A stretch of DNA of 64,000 nt from an uncultured Planctomycetia bacterium (GTDB lineage Bacteria; Omnitrophota; Gorgyraeia; Pluralincolimonadales; Pluralincolimonadaceae). This document shows, piece after piece, positions 41,434 through 50,314 of the stretch. The first letter of the stretch is position 1. Each line of letters opens with the position of its first letter. Location of the stretch: contig CAZYUB010000001.1 in assembly GCA_964650515.1 (NCBI GenBank), positions 65,726-129,725 of the forward strand, given 5' to 3'. The translations under genes and the position numbers were made by a program. The notes under the pieces are model-generated. The model had not been told where the DNA came from and did not search any database. It saw nothing but the letters and a program-made list of their open reading frames with translations.

Positions 41434-42967
41434 ATTAATAATCATAACAGCGGCGCTATTGTGCATTTCCGGAAACGCGCAAGCGCTGGATATAAGCGGC
41501 TACGACGCGGACCTCTATGACCGTTTCGTCGCAGGCACTTACGGCACCGATAACCCGATAGCCAATTCTGACTTCATCGGCGCTTCTTACGACTGGTCAG
41601 GCGTCGGATGGCAGACGGACCAGAACTGGAAGAGCGTGGCGATGGTCTCCGCGCAGAACTTCGTATGCGCGAACCATTACAGGGTGCCGGTAGGGAGCAC
41701 CGTCTCGTTCTTTAACGCGGACGGGCAGCTCAAGACCTATACCGTGCAGGGTTACTCCACGTTCGACTACCAGCTTACGCAGAACGGCAATCCACTCTTC
41801 GATAACAACGGCAACCCTTATATGTGCATACCGGACCTCGCTCTCGGCTGGCTTACAGAGGCGATCCCGGTTTCGGACGGCATCACGGCCTATTCGGTGC
41901 TTGACGCCGATGATTATTCCACCTCGTGGTTCGATACCGGCTGGTACGTCGGCAAGGACATCCTTTCGTACGGCTGGACCGCGAAAGCAGGGAACAATAC
42001 GATAGATAACTTCCAGAATGTCGCCACCACCGGTTTTTCCAATCCGACTAACGGCACGACGACCGCTGTTTACAGCTACGACAGGAACAATGACCCGCAG
42101 GGGCAGGCGGGGGCGCAGGGTGGCGACTCAGGAAGCCCGAGCTTCATGGTATGGGACGGGCAGCTGACCATCGCGGGAACACATTTCGCCGTATCTAACG
42201 GCACCGAGGCCTGGAATACCTACGATTCTTTCGTGCCGTATTATGCCGACGCTATCGATGCCGCGATGAGTTCCGCCGGGTATTCCCTTAACAGGATAAC
42301 TATAGATGTCTTTCCGACGAAGCTGAAGAACGCGGGTTTCGAGAGCGTGAGCTGGAATACCTGCCAGCCCAATGACTGGAACTACCGGGAAACTTCGTCC
42401 GGCGGCTTCTTCTTCGACACATCCTATTACAGCGGCGGGAACAAAAGATCAGGCACGTATTCTGTCGGGATGGGCGAGGAGATAAATGACGCGGGTTCGT
42501 TCGAGCATGACGGCTCTTTCAACCAGACGCTGGCGGGCTCGACCGCGGGTACGACTTACGGATTCTCGTTCTGGTTCCAGAGCGTAAATTATATACCGGC
42601 GGATATGCTGGCATCCGATGCGACCGTGATGGTGGCCGCCGGCATCGACCCGACGGGCGGTTCCGATCCCGATTCGCCCGATATAATATGGAACATGGTC
42701 GCGCTGACGCCCGAGCAGTTCACCGCCGCCTGGCAGCAGATGATAGTGACCGCGCAGTCCAACGGCACGCCGATGACGTTCTTCATCCGCAGGCACCTGT
42801 TATGCAACATATCCGAAGCCGATATCGCGGCCGGCAGGTATTGGAGCTCGTCTATATACGTGGACGACGCTTCGATATTCATCGTGCCCGAGCCCGCGAC
42901 TTTCCTGATGCTCATGGCGGGGCTTTCCGGCCTCCGGTTTTTCTTCCCAAGAAGGCGCCCTTCGTAG
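41423..42967 (+). CDS. PEP-CTERM protein with N-terminal trypsin-like (S1) domain
   Basis: Signal peptide present. Candidate triad residues are H85 in FVCANHY, D138 in IPDLALGWL and S236 in GGDSGSPS. The spacings 53 and 98 resemble those of the S1 fold. C-terminal domain is homologous to the previous gene. VPEPATFLMLMAGLSGL...RRR is the PEP-CTERM anchor. Confidence 0.7.
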   Translation: MRNKLIIITAALLCISGNAQALDISGYDADLYDRFVAGTYGTDNPIANSDFIGASYDWSGVGWQTDQNWKSVAMVSAQNFVCANHYRVPVGSTVSFFNADGQLKTYTVQGYSTFDYQLTQNGNPLFDNNGNPYMCIPDLALGWLTEAIPVSDGITAYSVLDADDYSTSWFDTGWYVGKDILSYGWTAKAGNNTIDNFQNVATTGFSNPTNGTTTAVYSYDRNNDPQGQAGAQGGDSGSPSFMVWDGQLTIAGTHFAVSNGTEAWNTYDSFVPYYADAIDAAMSSAGYSLNRITIDVFPTKLKNAGFESVSWNTCQPNDWNYRETSSGGFFFDTSYYSGGNKRSGTYSVGMGEEINDAGSFEHDGSFNQTLAGSTAGTTYGFSFWFQSVNYIPADMLASDATVMVAAGIDPTGGSDPDSPDIIWNMVALTPEQFTAAWQQMIVTAQSNGTPMTFFIRRHLLCNISEADIAAGRYWSSSIYVDDASIFIVPEPATFLMLMAGLSGLRFFFPRRRPS

Positions 42968-42994
42968 TATAATCTTCGCTCGGAGGGATCCATC

Positions 42995-45661
42995 GTGAAG
43001 TGGTACCAGCTCGGCCAAGAAGAAGTATTCTCTGCCTTTAAGGCTTCCGAATCGGGGCTTAACAGCCCTGAGGCGTCCAGGCGCCTTTCCGAATACGGCC
43101 CCAACTCCCTTCCGGAAGAAGGAAAAATAAGCAAGCTTAAGATACTTATCCACCAGTTCGCAAACCCGCTTATCTATATCCTTATGGCGGCTGCGGTCGT
43201 CACTACCGTCCTGAAAGATTATATAGATACCGGTGTCATCGCCGGCGTCCTTATCCTTAACGCTATAATAGGTTTTATACAGGAATTCAGGGCCGAGACG
43301 AGCGTCAGGGCGCTCAGGGCCATGACCGTCACGAAGGCAAGGGTCCTGCGCGACGGCATCGAAAAGGAGATCGACAGCAGGGGGCTCGTACCCGGCGATG
43401 TCGTGATGCTCGCCTCAGGAGACAAGGTGCCCGCGGAGATGCGCTTGTTCGGCGTCAACGAGCTTAATATCGAAGAAGCGATGCTGACCGGTGAGTCGCT
43501 TCCGGTCGAGAAGACGGTAAAGCCCATATCCGAAGACGACCTGACTTACGGCGACCAGACAAATATCGCGTTCATGGGGACGATGGTCGTAAGGGGCAGG
43601 GGGAAGGGCGTGGTAGTCGGGACTGGTGTCAAGACCGCGCTCGGCCGCATCGCGAAGGACGTCAAGGAACTTTCCATAACGAAGAACCCCCTGCAGGAGA
43701 AGATAGAGAAGTTCGCGCATTTTATCGGGGCGCTTTCGATAGGCGGCGCCGCGGCGGTATTCGCGCTCGGCATGGCGCTCGGCTTCAAGGCCGCGGAGAT
43801 GTTCAAGACCGCCGTGGCCGTAACGGTCGCGACGGTGCCGGAGGGGCTCCCGATAGTCGTTACCGTCACGATGGCTATAGGGCTGAACAGGATGGCGCGC
43901 CGCAACGCGATAATACGCAAACTCCACGCGGTCGAAACGCTCGGCAGCACGACGGTCATCTGTTCCGACAAGACCGGGACCCTGACGAAGAACGAGATGA
44001 CGGTGCGCCTTATACATGACGGCCGCAAGGCCTATGAGGTCGAAGGCACCGGTTATGAGCCGAGGGGTTATATACTGCATGAAGGTAACCGGGCGGACAT
44101 CTCCGAGCTCAACGACTTGCAGGGCCTCCTGAGGATAGGCCTGCTCTGCAACGAGTCCGAGATATACGAGGAGGAAGGGCGTTTCAAGGTCAAGGGCGAC
44201 CCGACCGAAGGCGCGTTGATCGTCTCCGCGATGAAGGCGGGGCTCGATCCCGAGAAAGAGAGGGACGCATACCCGCAGATCTCCGTGATACCGTTCGAGT
44301 CCGACCGCGGGTATATGGCGACGCTCCATGACCGCGGCGGAAAGCGGCTTATTTTTGTAAAAGGCACGCCGGAGAACATCGTCGGTATGTGCACCGAATG
44401 CATGCTCGACGGCGAGTTGAGAAGGAAAGAGATACTCAGGGCTTCCGAATCGTTCGCGGCTGAGGGGATGAGGGTCCTCGCAATGGGGTATAAGGAAGCG
44501 CCCGCGGGCTCGGAGGCGCTTACGCATGATGACATAAAAGAAGGCGTGAAATTCGCCGGGCTCCAGGGCATGATAGACCCGCCCAGGCCCGAATCGATAG
44601 AAGCGATAAAGGGCTGCAAGGCCGCCGGGATAAGGGTGGTCATGATAACCGGCGACCACGCCGTGACCGCCGGCGCTATAGGCAGGCAGATAGGGATAAC
44701 CGGCGGCGACGCGAAAGTCATAACGGGCAAGGAACTCGCGGTCATGGGCGACGGCGAGCTATACGAGAGGGTGGCGGATGTCTCGATATTCGCGAGGGTC
44801 GCGCCGGAGCATAAGCTCAGGATAGTCCAGCAGTTGATGAAGCGCGGCGAGATCGTCGCGGTGACCGGCGACGGCGTAAACGACGCTCCCGCGCTCAAGG
44901 CCGCGCACATAGGCGTCGCGATGGGCCGTTCAGGGACCGATGTCGCGAAGGAAGCGGCCGATATGGTGGTCGTCGACGACAATTTCGCGAGCATCTTCAG
45001 CGCCGTTGAAGAAGGCAGGATCGTCTTCGATAACCTGCGCAAGGTCGTGGTCTTCCTTATACCGACAGGTTTCGCCGCACTGATATCCATAGGCATATCT
45101 ATGGTCCTCGGCCTCCCGGCTCCGTACCTTCCCGCGCAGCTGCTCTGGATAAACCTCGTAACGAACGGCCTGCAGGACGTGGCGCTCGGTTTCGAGCCGG
45201 GCGAGAAGGATATAATAAGGAGAAAGCCGAGGCCCCCGAAAGAGGGGATCATGTCCCGCCTGATGCTCGAAAGGAGCATCCTCGTGGGCTCGTTGATATC
45301 CGCAGGCGTCGTATTCAATTATCTCGCGGCCATAAAGGACGGCGGCGATATCGCGAACGCGAGGACTACGGCGGTCACAACGATGGTATTCTTCCAGTTC
45401 TTCCAGGCATGGAACTCCCGCTCCGAGACCGTATCCGTGTTCAGGATTCCGCTGCTGAGCAACCCGTTCCTCTTCTACAGCATGATAGCGGCGTTCTTCG
45501 CGCAGCTCGCCTTCATCTATGTCCCGGCGATGCAGTGGGTCTTCAGGACCGTCCCGTTGACGGCGGCGGAGTGGGGGCGTATCGCACTGGTCTCACTGTC
45601 CGTCATCATAGTCGTGGAGCTGGACAAGGCCGCAAGGAACAGGTTCTCCCGCGGCAGGTAA
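42995..45661 (+). CDS. P-type cation-transporting ATPase (type IIA, Ca2+-ATPase-like), GTG start
   Basis: DKTGTLT phosphorylation motif. TGDGVNDAPALK motif. Ten-TM architecture. Length is 888 aa. Confidence 0.9.
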   Translation: MKWYQLGQEEVFSAFKASESGLNSPEASRRLSEYGPNSLPEEGKISKLKILIHQFANPLIYILMAAAVVTTVLKDYIDTGVIAGVLILNAIIGFIQEFRAETSVRALRAMTVTKARVLRDGIEKEIDSRGLVPGDVVMLASGDKVPAEMRLFGVNELNIEEAMLTGESLPVEKTVKPISEDDLTYGDQTNIAFMGTMVVRGRGKGVVVGTGVKTALGRIAKDVKELSITKNPLQEKIEKFAHFIGALSIGGAAAVFALGMALGFKAAEMFKTAVAVTVATVPEGLPIVVTVTMAIGLNRMARRNAIIRKLHAVETLGSTTVICSDKTGTLTKNEMTVRLIHDGRKAYEVEGTGYEPRGYILHEGNRADISELNDLQGLLRIGLLCNESEIYEEEGRFKVKGDPTEGALIVSAMKAGLDPEKERDAYPQISVIPFESDRGYMATLHDRGGKRLIFVKGTPENIVGMCTECMLDGELRRKEILRASESFAAEGMRVLAMGYKEAPAGSEALTHDDIKEGVKFAGLQGMIDPPRPESIEAIKGCKAAGIRVVMITGDHAVTAGAIGRQIGITGGDAKVITGKELAVMGDGELYERVADVSIFARVAPEHKLRIVQQLMKRGEIVAVTGDGVNDAPALKAAHIGVAMGRSGTDVAKEAADMVVVDDNFASIFSAVEEGRIVFDNLRKVVVFLIPTGFAALISIGISMVLGLPAPYLPAQLLWINLVTNGLQDVALGFEPGEKDIIRRKPRPPKEGIMSRLMLERSILVGSLISAGVVFNYLAAIKDGGDIANARTTAVTTMVFFQFFQAWNSRSETVSVFRIPLLSNPFLFYSMIAAFFAQLAFIYVPAMQWVFRTVPLTAAEWGRIALVSLSVIIVVELDKAARNRFSRGR

Positions 45662-45684
45662 GGCGTTTTATTTTTGAATATTAC

Positions 45685-45713
45685 TTGACAACATAACAAT
45701 TATGGTATATACT
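45685..45713 (+). promoter_or_regulatory. sigma70 promoter of the marR operon (TTGACA, 17 nt spacer, TATACT)
   Basis: Hexamers read directly from the sequence. The promoter lies about 30 nt upstream of the marR ATG. Confidence 0.55.
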
Positions 45714-45744
45714 ATTAGTAAGTTAACAGATAACGGAGAATAAC

Positions 45745-46203
45745 ATGGCTACAGATCTCGACAGGTTGAACAACGACAGCGTGCGCCGGCTCGTTAATGT
45801 CTCTGAGGCGATAATCAAGGCCGCCGACAGGTTCTTCGCGAAGTTCGGCGTGACTACCGCCCAGTACGATATCCTTGTGATACTGAAATACTCCAAAAGG
45901 AGATTGACCCAAAGCGACCTCGGGATAAACAGGGTCGTCTCCCGCTCTAACATAACCGGCATCCTCGACAGGCTGGAGAAGACCGGCATGGCGAAGAGGG
46001 AAGGCAGCGCCGACGACCGCAGGATAAAGCATATCTCGATAACAAAAAAAGGCCTCGACCTCATAGATAAAGTAGAAGGCAAGTATTTCGATAACGTAAA
46101 GAAGCTCGTATGGTTCCTCGACGATAAGGATAAGAAGGGGCTCGTCGAGATCCTGGACCGGCTCGAGAGGGGCCTAAGGAGGGCGGAAGATGTATTATCA
46201 TGA
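45745..46203 (+). CDS. MarR-family transcriptional regulator
   Basis: Winged-helix region TTAQYDILVILKYSKRRLTQSDLGINRVVSRSNITGILDRLEKTGMAKR. Length is 152 aa. Confidence 0.85.
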   Translation: MATDLDRLNNDSVRRLVNVSEAIIKAADRFFAKFGVTTAQYDILVILKYSKRRLTQSDLGINRVVSRSNITGILDRLEKTGMAKREGSADDRRIKHISITKKGLDLIDKVEGKYFDNVKKLVWFLDDKDKKGLVEILDRLERGLRRAEDVLS

Positions 46204-48832
46204 TATTTTCAACCTGTTCGAATATTTCCCGCTGCTGTGGATAGCGTCCATAATCGCGACGCCTATAATTGCCGGGAACAAGAAACGCAACGCTGTCCTG
46301 TGGCTGTTGCTGGCGATACCGCTGGGGCCGCTCGCACTTTTCATCATTGCCGTAATGCCTAAGCCCGACAGGGCCAAGGAAGACCCATCCGGGCTCGACG
46401 CAAGGATCTCGGACCTCGAAAGGCGCGTATGGCGCATCGAGCACGCCGCAATACAGGCTGCGCCGAAAGAAGCGGCGCAGCCCGAGATAAAGCCCGTCAT
46501 TGCCGAGACGCCGCGGCCTGCGGCACATCAGGAGGTCCGGCCGAAACCCGTTCCTGCGCCCAGCCACGATCTCGAGCAGAAGATGGGCCGCTATTGGCTC
46601 AACCGCATAGGCATCCTCGTGCTCGCGATGGGTGTCGCGTTCCTTGTAAGCTATACATTCAAGTATTTCGGACCGTTCGTGAAGATACTTACCGGATACC
46701 TTATAGCGTCCGCGCTGTTCATTACCGGCTTCAGGCTGGAGAGGAAGCAGAAGTACGTGTATTACGGGCGCACCCTGCTCGGCGGCGCGTGGGCTATAGC
46801 TTATTTTACGACGTATGCAATGTACCATTTCCCGGCGTCGCGCATAATTCATAGCCAGCTTCTTGACCTTGTCCTGCTCGCCGTCGTAGCGGTAGCGATG
46901 CTGCTGCGCTCGTTGAGGTACAAGTCCCAGGAGCTGTCATCTGTCGCGCTCTTCGTGGGTTATTTCACGGCCACGATGGGAGACATCAACTATTTCACGC
47001 TCGCGAGCTGCCTCATGCTCGCGGTAATATCAGTAATACTCGTGTATAAGATGCGCTGGCTCAGGATGATATTCATAGGGATAGCGCTGACCTACCTTAC
47101 GCATATATTCTGGGTGGTAAAGCAGGTCAAGCTGTCGTATGTCCCCATCGGGCAGCTCGACGTCAGCCAGGTGCAGTTCTGGCTGAATAACGGGTTCGTA
47201 TTCCTTTACTGGCTTGTATTCACAGTCTCGATATATATGATAAGGAACCCCGTGGAAAGGGAGGAGAAGCAACTCGCGGTCGCGAACTTTTCCAACTTCC
47301 TTCCTTTCTTCGTGCTGGCGTATTCCAGGATATACGTGGAATACCCGGAATGGAAGTTCCCGTTCGTCCTCGGGCTCGGCATAGTTTACTCCGCGCTGGC
47401 GTTCATATCGTCCCGCGCGAAGAACGGCATCATGACGACGGTAAACACGCTTATAGCGCTGTCGCTCGTGACGTTCTCGATACCGCTCATGGCGGTCCCG
47501 CTCAGCACGACGATAATATGGCTGGTCGAGCTCCCGTGCCTGGTCTACATCGGCCAGCGTTTCGGGAATAAGGCGTTCAGGATATTCGCCCTGCTGTTAT
47601 CCGCGGCCGTATTCTTCAGGGTCGCGACATTCGATTTCGCGATATCGAAAGACCTCGTATTGCTGATAGGCGCGCTGTCGTCTTTCGCGAGCGTGTTCGT
47701 ATCCAGGATGATCAAGGAAGATGCCGCGTTCAGGGGGGAGAAGTTCCTCGTAAACGCGTATTCGCTGTTCGGTACCGTATATTTGACAACGCTGCTATGG
47801 AACAAAGTCCCGGAAGCGTGGCTTGGCACGGCGCTCTTCGAAGAAGTGTTTGCTCTTGCGCTGGCAGCCTGCCTGATGAAGGACAAGGCGCTGCGCGCTT
47901 ATTCGTATATCCTCATCATTGTCGCCTTGATCGTGTTATACTTTACAGGCACCGGAAATAATTTTATCTGGATAATTGTCCAGCTGCCGGCGCTCCTGTT
48001 CATAGGGCTGCGTTACGGCATGAGGCCTGTCAGGATAATCGCCCTCGCGAGCGCCGCGGCCTTGTTCATGAGGGCGTGTTGGGCGGACAGCAGGATGATT
48101 GCGTTCGCCGGTATGGCGGCGATGTACCTTTGCGATTGCCTTAACAGGTATCTGAAACGCGAGGAGAGCTTTGGCGGAGAAAGTAATCTGATAAAGGCGT
48201 ACTCGGCGCTCGGGACCGCGTATCTGACGTTCTTCCTCTGGGATATCGTCCCTCTGCGCTGGCTGACACTCGCGCTTGCGTCCGAGATGGCGGCCCTGTT
48301 TATAGTCGGCCGCACCGTCAAGGACGCGTCTTTCCGGGTTTATTCGCTCGTCCTGCTTGTGATGGCGGCTTTCCGCATGGCTTTTATTGACGGGAGCGGA
48401 GGATTCGGCGCAGCGGACTGGACGGCTTTTGCGGTCGAGGCCGCGATGATGGCCTTCGTCTACCTGTCGTATAGGGGCATGAAGAACAGGAACGAGGTAT
48501 CCGGGGTCGAAAATCCGGCGCCTACGGCCGTATTCGTGATCGCCGCGCTGGCGCTTACCTTTGTCATGTTTGATAACGTCGAAAGGAACCTCATAAGTTT
48601 GGCTTTGGGCGTGGAAGGAGCGGCCATGTTCGCGCTCGGCTTCGCGGCGAAAGACAAGGCCTCGAGGATTGGCGGTTTTGGCGTTTTCGGGATCACGCTG
48701 GCGAGGATAATCATCGTGGACATGGCGCATGTAGCGGTTACCTATAAGATAATAAGTTTCATGGCCCTCGGCGCCATATTCCTTGTAACGTCGTTCTTGT
48801 ATAACAAATACAATATAGGCCGGGATAAATGA
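46190..48832 (+). CDS. large polytopic membrane protein (DUF2339-like)
   Basis: 880 aa with more than 20 predicted TM helices. The protein has a short N-terminal membrane hairpin followed by a proline-rich linker. The start overlaps the marR stop. Confidence 0.5.
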   Translation: MYYHDIFNLFEYFPLLWIASIIATPIIAGNKKRNAVLWLLLAIPLGPLALFIIAVMPKPDRAKEDPSGLDARISDLERRVWRIEHAAIQAAPKEAAQPEIKPVIAETPRPAAHQEVRPKPVPAPSHDLEQKMGRYWLNRIGILVLAMGVAFLVSYTFKYFGPFVKILTGYLIASALFITGFRLERKQKYVYYGRTLLGGAWAIAYFTTYAMYHFPASRIIHSQLLDLVLLAVVAVAMLLRSLRYKSQELSSVALFVGYFTATMGDINYFTLASCLMLAVISVILVYKMRWLRMIFIGIALTYLTHIFWVVKQVKLSYVPIGQLDVSQVQFWLNNGFVFLYWLVFTVSIYMIRNPVEREEKQLAVANFSNFLPFFVLAYSRIYVEYPEWKFPFVLGLGIVYSALAFISSRAKNGIMTTVNTLIALSLVTFSIPLMAVPLSTTIIWLVELPCLVYIGQRFGNKAFRIFALLLSAAVFFRVATFDFAISKDLVLLIGALSSFASVFVSRMIKEDAAFRGEKFLVNAYSLFGTVYLTTLLWNKVPEAWLGTALFEEVFALALAACLMKDKALRAYSYILIIVALIVLYFTGTGNNFIWIIVQLPALLFIGLRYGMRPVRIIALASAAALFMRACWADSRMIAFAGMAAMYLCDCLNRYLKREESFGGESNLIKAYSALGTAYLTFFLWDIVPLRWLTLALASEMAALFIVGRTVKDASFRVYSLVLLVMAAFRMAFIDGSGGFGAADWTAFAVEAAMMAFVYLSYRGMKNRNEVSGVENPAPTAVFVIAALALTFVMFDNVERNLISLALGVEGAAMFALGFAAKDKASRIGGFGVFGITLARIIIVDMAHVAVTYKIISFMALGAIFLVTSFLYNKYNIGRDK

Positions 48833-49575
48833 CGGGAACCGGGGCTTCAAAGAAACTTACCACGAGCGACGGGGTCGGCATCGCTTACGAGCATTTCAGG
48901 AACGGGCACGACTCGGTCGTCGTGGTCTGCCCGGGGTTCTTCAACAGCAAGAAGAACGGCGGGATACGCAAGGCGATAGATATCGTCTCCGGTTCTCACG
49001 ACGTCGTAATATTCGATTTCCGCGGGCACGGCGACAGCGGCGGTAAATTCAGCTGGACCGCGAAAGAGCCGCTGGACCTCCGGGCGGTCCTCGATTACAC
49101 GGCCGGCTTCGGGTACAGGAAGACGGGGATACTCGCGTTCTCGCTCGGGGCCGCGGTCTCGCTCATAGTCGCGCCCGACAGGCCGGAGATAAAAAGCATG
49201 GTACTCGTCAGCGCGCCTTACAGCTTCTGGGACATCAATTACCATTTCTGGGAGCCGGAGATGTTCTCGGACCTGAAAGCGAACATGGAATGCAGATGGG
49301 AAGGCAAGGGCGCGAAAGTCGACCACGTATTCATGGACAAGGACAAGCCGATAGACCGCGTCTCCTCGATAAAAAATACCGCGATCATGTTCATACACGG
49401 AGCGAAGGACTGGGTTATCAAGGACTACCATTCGAAGAAGCTCTACAATTCGGCGGCCGTCAACGAGAAGAAGCTCGAGATATTCAACGACGGGCTGCAC
49501 GCGGAGCGGCTTATAGAGCAATATCCGGAGAGGATGGCGGAACTCGTCACCGGCTGGTTCGGCAGGACTTTATAA
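48829..49575 (+). CDS. alpha/beta-hydrolase
   Basis: GxSxG in ILAFSLGAAV. HGxGDS motif in FRGHGDSGG. Length is 248 aa. Confidence 0.75.
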   Translation: MTGTGASKKLTTSDGVGIAYEHFRNGHDSVVVVCPGFFNSKKNGGIRKAIDIVSGSHDVVIFDFRGHGDSGGKFSWTAKEPLDLRAVLDYTAGFGYRKTGILAFSLGAAVSLIVAPDRPEIKSMVLVSAPYSFWDINYHFWEPEMFSDLKANMECRWEGKGAKVDHVFMDKDKPIDRVSSIKNTAIMFIHGAKDWVIKDYHSKKLYNSAAVNEKKLEIFNDGLHAERLIEQYPERMAELVTGWFGRTL

Positions 49576-49588
49576 AAGGAGACGGCAG

Positions 49589-50314
49589 ATGAGGTGGCTT
49601 ATCATGACGGTAATGCAGCTGGTATTCACGCTTGCGCTTTACGTGATGGGCGCGGTATTGATAGGATTATCGCTCTACCCGGGCGTAAACCTGGTCTTGC
49701 ATACGGTCGAGCCCGCGTCGGGGCTCGGGCTTGTCCCGGGCCTGATCGTCATCTGCATATCGATAGCGGCCGGGTATTTCCTCTATGGGCTCACGCTGAT
49801 ACTACTCGTCGGTGGGATAAGGACCGTGCTGAACCTGCGGCTTAAGGAAGGCGATTACCCGATACCGTCGGCCGGCGCGTTCAAATGGGCCTTCGTCAAT
49901 TCGCTCTTCCTGCTCGTCTCCGTCACGTTCATGGATTTCATCCTGCTTACGCCTTTCTGCAACCTCTTCTACCGCCTCATGGGAGCGAAGATGGGAAAGA
50001 ACGTGCAGATAAATTCCAAGAATGTGGCAGACATATCGCTTCTCGAGATAGGGGACCGTTCAGTCATCGGCGGGAATTCGACCGTGATATGCCACTCGTT
50101 CGAGAGGGGGCGGCTGAAGTTGCGCAAAGTCAGGATAGGAAACGACGCGGTCATCGGGCTCAACTCTGTGATACTCCCCGGAGTCGAGATCGGCGACCGC
50201 GCGATGGTCGCGGCCGGCGCGGTGCTTCTTAAGGACACGAAGGTAGGCCACGGCGAATTATTCTACGGAGTGCCGGCCGAGTCGGCGAAAGAAAGGCACA
50301 AAGAGGTAAAGTAA
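49589..50314 (+). CDS. membrane-anchored hexapeptide-repeat (LbH) acyltransferase
   Basis: About 130 aa with 3-4 TM helices, then hexapeptide repeats: VQINSKNVADISLLEIGDRSVIGGNSTVI...VRIGNDAVIGLNSVILPGVEIGDRAMV. Confidence 0.65.
   Translation: MRWLIMTVMQLVFTLALYVMGAVLIGLSLYPGVNLVLHTVEPASGLGLVPGLIVICISIAAGYFLYGLTLILLVGGIRTVLNLRLKEGDYPIPSAGAFKWAFVNSLFLLVSVTFMDFILLTPFCNLFYRLMGAKMGKNVQINSKNVADISLLEIGDRSVIGGNSTVICHSFERGRLKLRKVRIGNDAVIGLNSVILPGVEIGDRAMVAAGAVLLKDTKVGHGELFYGVPAESAKERHKEVK

Noticed and set aside
45745-48832. Annotating the 880 aa membrane protein as a transporter
   Set aside because: No transporter signature motifs were found. It is kept as a DUF2339-like protein of unknown function.
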